Of a stretch of DNA of 48,595 nt, positions 45,234 to 48,595 are shown one piece after another. The stretch's first letter is position 1. Each line of letters starts with the position of its first letter. Source of the stretch: an uncultured Rhodobacterales bacterium (GTDB lineage: Bacteria > Pseudomonadota > Alphaproteobacteria > Rhodospirillales > Rhodospirillaceae). The translations under genes were made by a program, and so were the position numbers. The stretch lies in assembly GCA_964352705.1 (NCBI GenBank), contig CAYGSZ010000001.1, positions 9,689 through 58,283 of the forward strand, written 5' to 3'. The notes under the pieces are model-generated. The model was not told where the DNA came from. It was given only the letters and a program-made list of their open reading frames with translations, and made no database searches.

Positions 45234-46667
45234 TTAGACGGCGGTCCCGCCAACCGTCAGTACGTCCAGCTTTAGTGTTGGTTGTCCGACACCGACAGGT
45301 ACGCCTTGGCCTTCTTTGCCGCAGGTGCCAATGCCCGGATCCAGCATCATGTCGTTGCCAAGCATAGAGACTTTGGTCAGGCAATCAGGACCATTACCGA
45401 TCAGGGTTGCGCCCTTAACAGGGGCACCGATTTTACCATTCTCAATCATGTAGGCTTCTGTCGCCGAGAACACAAACTTGCCGGACGTGATATCCACTTG
45501 TCCGCCGCCAAAGTTGACGGCGTACAGGCCTTTGTTGACTGACTTGATAATCTCTTCCGGGTCATGCGCGCCGTTGGCCATGTAGGTGTTGGTCATGCGT
45601 GGCATGGGGTGATGAGCGTGCGATTGCCTGCGTCCGTTACCCGTCGGCTTTACACCCATCAGTCGGGCGTTCAGACGGTCCTGTAAAAAGCCCACCAGAA
45701 TGCCATCTTCGATCAGAGTCGTTTGCGATGTTGGCGTGCCCTCATCGTCGATTGTCAAAGACCCGCGCCGGTCTTGCATGGTGCCATCGTCAATGACTGT
45801 AACACCCTTGGCGGCCACTTGCTTGCCGATCAGGTCATAGAACGCGGATGTTTTCTTGCGATTGAAGTCCCCTTCGAGACCATGCCCTACAGCTTCATGC
45901 AACAGCACGCCAGGCCAACCTGGTCCTAGCACCACTGGCATTTCCCCACCAGGTGAATCCACGCTTTCCAGATTTACCAGGGCTTGGCGAAGGGCTTCGT
46001 CGACGGCCCCCATCCAGGTGCTTTCTTCCAGGAACCGGTCGTAACCAACGCGTCCGCCGGTGCCGAAAGACCCCATTTCCATGCGTTCGCCTTCCCCAAC
46101 CACAATGGAGACATTGAGACGCACGAGCGGACGAATATCACCGACAGACAATCCGCCAGCCCGCATAATCTGCACCGCCTGCCAGGAGGCCGAGAGTGAG
46201 GCGGAGACTTGCTTGATTTTAGTGTTCTTGCTGCGCGCGTAGGTATCAATCGCTTCGAGCGTTTTGACCTTGGTTTCATAAGGAATCAGCGGCAACGGGT
46301 TTTCGTCCGTGTAAAGCGCGCGATTGGTGCCTGTTGGCGGATCAGCCAGCGTGCCGCCATGCCCAGCTTTAACGGCAGCAACGGTTTCTGCGGCCCGCGC
46401 AATTGCGGCTTCGGTCATTGTTGTCGAATGGGCAAAGCCTGTGGTTTCACCCACAAGAGCCCGCAATCCAAAACCTTGTGCTGTATCGAACGCGGCAGAT
46501 CGAATGCGGCCGTCGTCAAAGCTCATGCTTTCAGATTGGCTGTACTCAAAGAAAAGTTCACCATCATCGCATCCGCCAAGCGTCTTGCTTACAGTTTTTT
46601 CGACTGAATTTTTATCGATGCCAGTGCGCGCAAAAAACAAATCATCGGTTATGGAAAGATCACTCAT
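45234..46667 (-). CDS. tldD: Metalloprotease TldD
   Basis: LLHEAVGHGLEGDFNRK (HExxxH-type TldD motif), GGQVDITSGKFVF, C-terminal GTCGKEGQGVPVGVGQPT. Confidence 0.9.
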   Translation of the reverse strand: MSDLSITDDLFFARTGIDKNSVEKTVSKTLGGCDDGELFFEYSQSESMSFDDGRIRSAAFDTAQGFGLRALVGETTGFAHSTTMTEAAIARAAETVAAVKAGHGGTLADPPTGTNRALYTDENPLPLIPYETKVKTLEAIDTYARSKNTKIKQVSASLSASWQAVQIMRAGGLSVGDIRPLVRLNVSIVVGEGERMEMGSFGTGGRVGYDRFLEESTWMGAVDEALRQALVNLESVDSPGGEMPVVLGPGWPGVLLHEAVGHGLEGDFNRKKTSAFYDLIGKQVAAKGVTVIDDGTMQDRRGSLTIDDEGTPTSQTTLIEDGILVGFLQDRLNARLMGVKPTGNGRRQSHAHHPMPRMTNTYMANGAHDPEEIIKSVNKGLYAVNFGGGQVDITSGKFVFSATEAYMIENGKIGAPVKGATLIGNGPDCLTKVSMLGNDMMLDPGIGTCGKEGQGVPVGVGQPTLKLDVLTVGGTAV

Positions 46668-46706
46668 GAGGGGGTTTTTTTATCCTTATTTTTCTATTAA
46701 GCCGGT

Positions 46707-47810
46707 TCAGCTCTGTGCTGCATCTAAAACTGGCGCAGACGTAACAACTCCGGCGGTCTCAGTGGAGGGGTGCGTTAGCCTCGCAAGGGTCACACCCAAT
46801 GTAAATAGGATCAAGGCCCCAGTTTGATGAAGTAACGCAAGCCACAACGGCACCACGAGGAGCAAGGTGCTGATGCCAAGTATAACCTGGAGCACAGCCA
46901 TACCAAGGAAGGCATTGGCTAATTTTCGCTGCAGGCCCCGTGCTCCATCGCGGATCAGACGCCACCACGTAAAACCTATAAATACGACGAGCGCGATTGC
47001 CAGAACACGATGGTTAAATTGAACCGTCATGATGTTCTCAAACCAATTGGCATACCAGGGCGTCATCTCATAAAGCCCATCTGGCACAAATTGCCCGTCC
47101 ATCAACGGGAACGTATTGTAAATCAAACCGGCGTTGAGGCCCGCAACAAACGCTCCTGACATTACGACAAGGAGAACCGCTAAAGCTGCACCAAGAGACA
47201 ACCGCGCTGTGGTCGCGTCGGTCACGATCTGCAGTGTTGGCTTTTTCGCCTCATCCTCGCTTTTAATTCCAAGCGCGACCCAGATCAGCAATCCATAAAC
47301 CACGAAGGCGAGTCCGAGGTGCGCGGCTAAACGATACTGGCTGACGTCAGGTCGGTCGACCAGGCCACTGGCGACCATAAACCAGCCCAGCACACCTTGC
47401 GCGCCGCCCAGCACCAAAAGTCCGGCCAAAGTGAGGGCGAGCCGGCCACGGGCCTTCTTCTTAAACACGAACCAAAAGAAGGGCAGCGCAAAAACCAGGC
47501 CGATCAAACGGCCCCAGAGGCGATGAGAATACTCCAGCCAGTAAATCTCTTTGAAGTCGCCCACGGTCATCCAGGAATTCACTTTTTGATACTCTGGATA
47601 CTGTTTGTAGGCTTCAAACTCTTCCGCCCACTCTTGGTCGTTCAGGGGTGGCAAAACATGCAAGGGCTTCCATTCCACCATGGACAGGCCCGATTCGGTA
47701 ATTCTCGTGGCACCGCCGAGTACGACCATAAAAAATACCATGCCCGCGCAGATCAATAGCCAAAGCCGGATATAGCGCGCGTCTCGGTCGGTCGGGCAAA
47801 AAGCAGTCAT
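46707..47810 (-). CDS. ctaA: Heme A synthase (COX15/CtaA family)
   Basis: VLGGATRITESGLSMVEWKP, EYSHRLWGR, QFNHR, LLHQ: conserved His-bearing helices of COX15-type CtaA. About 8 TM segments. Confidence 0.88.
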   Translation of the reverse strand: MTAFCPTDRDARYIRLWLLICAGMVFFMVVLGGATRITESGLSMVEWKPLHVLPPLNDQEWAEEFEAYKQYPEYQKVNSWMTVGDFKEIYWLEYSHRLWGRLIGLVFALPFFWFVFKKKARGRLALTLAGLLVLGGAQGVLGWFMVASGLVDRPDVSQYRLAAHLGLAFVVYGLLIWVALGIKSEDEAKKPTLQIVTDATTARLSLGAALAVLLVVMSGAFVAGLNAGLIYNTFPLMDGQFVPDGLYEMTPWYANWFENIMTVQFNHRVLAIALVVFIGFTWWRLIRDGARGLQRKLANAFLGMAVLQVILGISTLLLVVPLWLALLHQTGALILFTLGVTLARLTHPSTETAGVVTSAPVLDAAQS

Positions 47811-47829
47811 CTAAGGTCCAGAGCAAATT

Positions 47830-47846
47830 TAAGACTGTATAAGACT
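47830..47846. repeat. Direct repeat TAAGACT-N3-TAAGACT (10-bp register) between ctaA and the GT2 gene
   Basis: Read directly. It lies 20 nt upstream of the ctaA start codon on the opposite strand. Confidence 0.2.
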
Positions 47847-47988
47847 TGATTTAGGCGATCCCAAGGCTCGCAACAAGCCCGGCAGCAAGGTCATGGTTGC
47901 TTAAGCCATCTGTTGCAAAGGGGTTTCACGGTTTATCAGGGCTGTGTATCAGTACGATATAAAGTAGCCAACTTGCACCGACGGATGT

Positions 47989-48595
47989 CATGTCAGTCTT
48001 AACACCATCTCAAAAGCGACCGGACTATGCTGTCGTTGTTCCGGTTCTGAATGAAGCGGGCAACATCGAACCGCTGGTGTCGGAGATCGTCGCTGCGATG
48101 TTTAGTCTCAACGGCAAGCCCTCGTTCGAAATTATCTACGTGAATGATGGATCTACCGATGCAACAGCAGAGGAACTCGACCGTGTGAAAGCATCGGCTC
48201 CATCGCTAAGCGTGTTGCATCACACCAAGACCAGCGGTCAAAGCCAATCCCTTATCACAGGCATCATGCGGGCACAGGCCGAATGGATTATAACTCTCGA
48301 TGGCGACGGCCAAAACGATCCAGTAGATTTTCAAAAATTAATTGCTGCACGTGATGCCGCAGTTGCAACCGAGCCGCATATCGCCAATGACTTTATCTAC
48401 CTGGGCCATCGGCGTTTGCGGCGTGATAGTCTGGCCCGGCGCTATCAGTCTTGGCTGGCGAACGATATACGCGGCTGGATTTTAGGAGACCACACGCCTG
48501 ATAGCGGTTGCGGCCTGAAGTTATTTCGTCGCGCGTTGTTTTTATCACTGCCCCGTTTTGATGCTTTGCACCGGTTCTTGCCAGCCTTGGTCATT
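47989..48595 (+). CDS. GT2-family polyprenol-phosphate glycosyltransferase (ArnC/DPM1-like); 3' end beyond the window
   Basis: My translation from the ATG at 47989: MSVLTPSQKRPDYAVVVPVLNEAGNI...IYVNDGSTD...ITLDGDGQNDP...SGCGLKLFRR. The earlier ATG at 47984 hits a stop after 5 codons. Confidence 0.8.

Noticed and set aside
1-48595. Searched by eye for tRNA T-loop signatures (GGTTCGAATCC-like), rRNA, CRISPR repeat-spacer periodicity, transposase, integrase and phage genes, and toxin-antitoxin or defence-system genes
   Set aside because: None found. Every ORF of 60 aa or more outside the called genes is a shadow frame. tRNAscan, Infernal and defence-system HMM scans would be needed to make this exhaustive.

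Overview
Compact chromosomal segment, roughly 90% coding. It is almost certainly alphaproteobacterial, because it carries ctrA, the ChpT phosphotransferase, a COX15-type ctaA and an alpha-style fliI-fliJ pair. All calls come from reading the sequence and the ORF track by eye. No database search was run, so family names rest on recognised motifs.

I support 49 protein-coding genes. Two are cut by the window edges: a SAM methyltransferase at the left edge, which is absent from the ORF track because it has no stop in the window, and a GT2 glycosyltransferase at the right edge. One further gene missing from the track is a 49-aa DUF5989/SxtK-like ORF at 18901-19050. I found no rRNA, tRNA, CRISPR array, transposase, integrase or phage genes.

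Layout:
- 1-14.5 kb: mixed housekeeping and regulatory genes. These are an NCS1 permease, a radical-SAM + Crp pair, glycerate kinase, a PAS histidine kinase + receiver, MarR, pyrD, a HAD hydrolase, nadK and moaA.
- 14.6-24.9 kb: a cell-cycle and flagellar-export locus. It contains DUF3553-chpT-cheY-cheR, then ctrA followed co-directionally by an sxtJ-like / DUF5989 / carbamoyltransferase trio. Next come divergent fliI-fliJ, a J-domain/SH3b membrane protein and rsgA.
- 25.3-45.2 kb: a 20-kb block of 19 enzyme and transport genes with no regulator. Many products carry Sec, Tat or membrane-anchor N-termini, and several genes are tandem or mirrored paralogs.
- 45.2-48.6 kb: tldD, ctaA and GT2.

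The most interesting material is in the 25.3-45.2 kb block:
- A mirrored 'beta-lactamase-fold serine hydrolase + Tat-signal DUF1838-like protein' module flanks a signal-less flavoprotein.
- A catalytically degenerate SDR is translationally coupled to a canonical SDR.
- Two tandem alpha/beta-fold proteins show G-x-H-T-G where the Ser nucleophile elbow is expected.

None of this can be called a new system from sequence alone. The findings state what would confirm or refute each idea.
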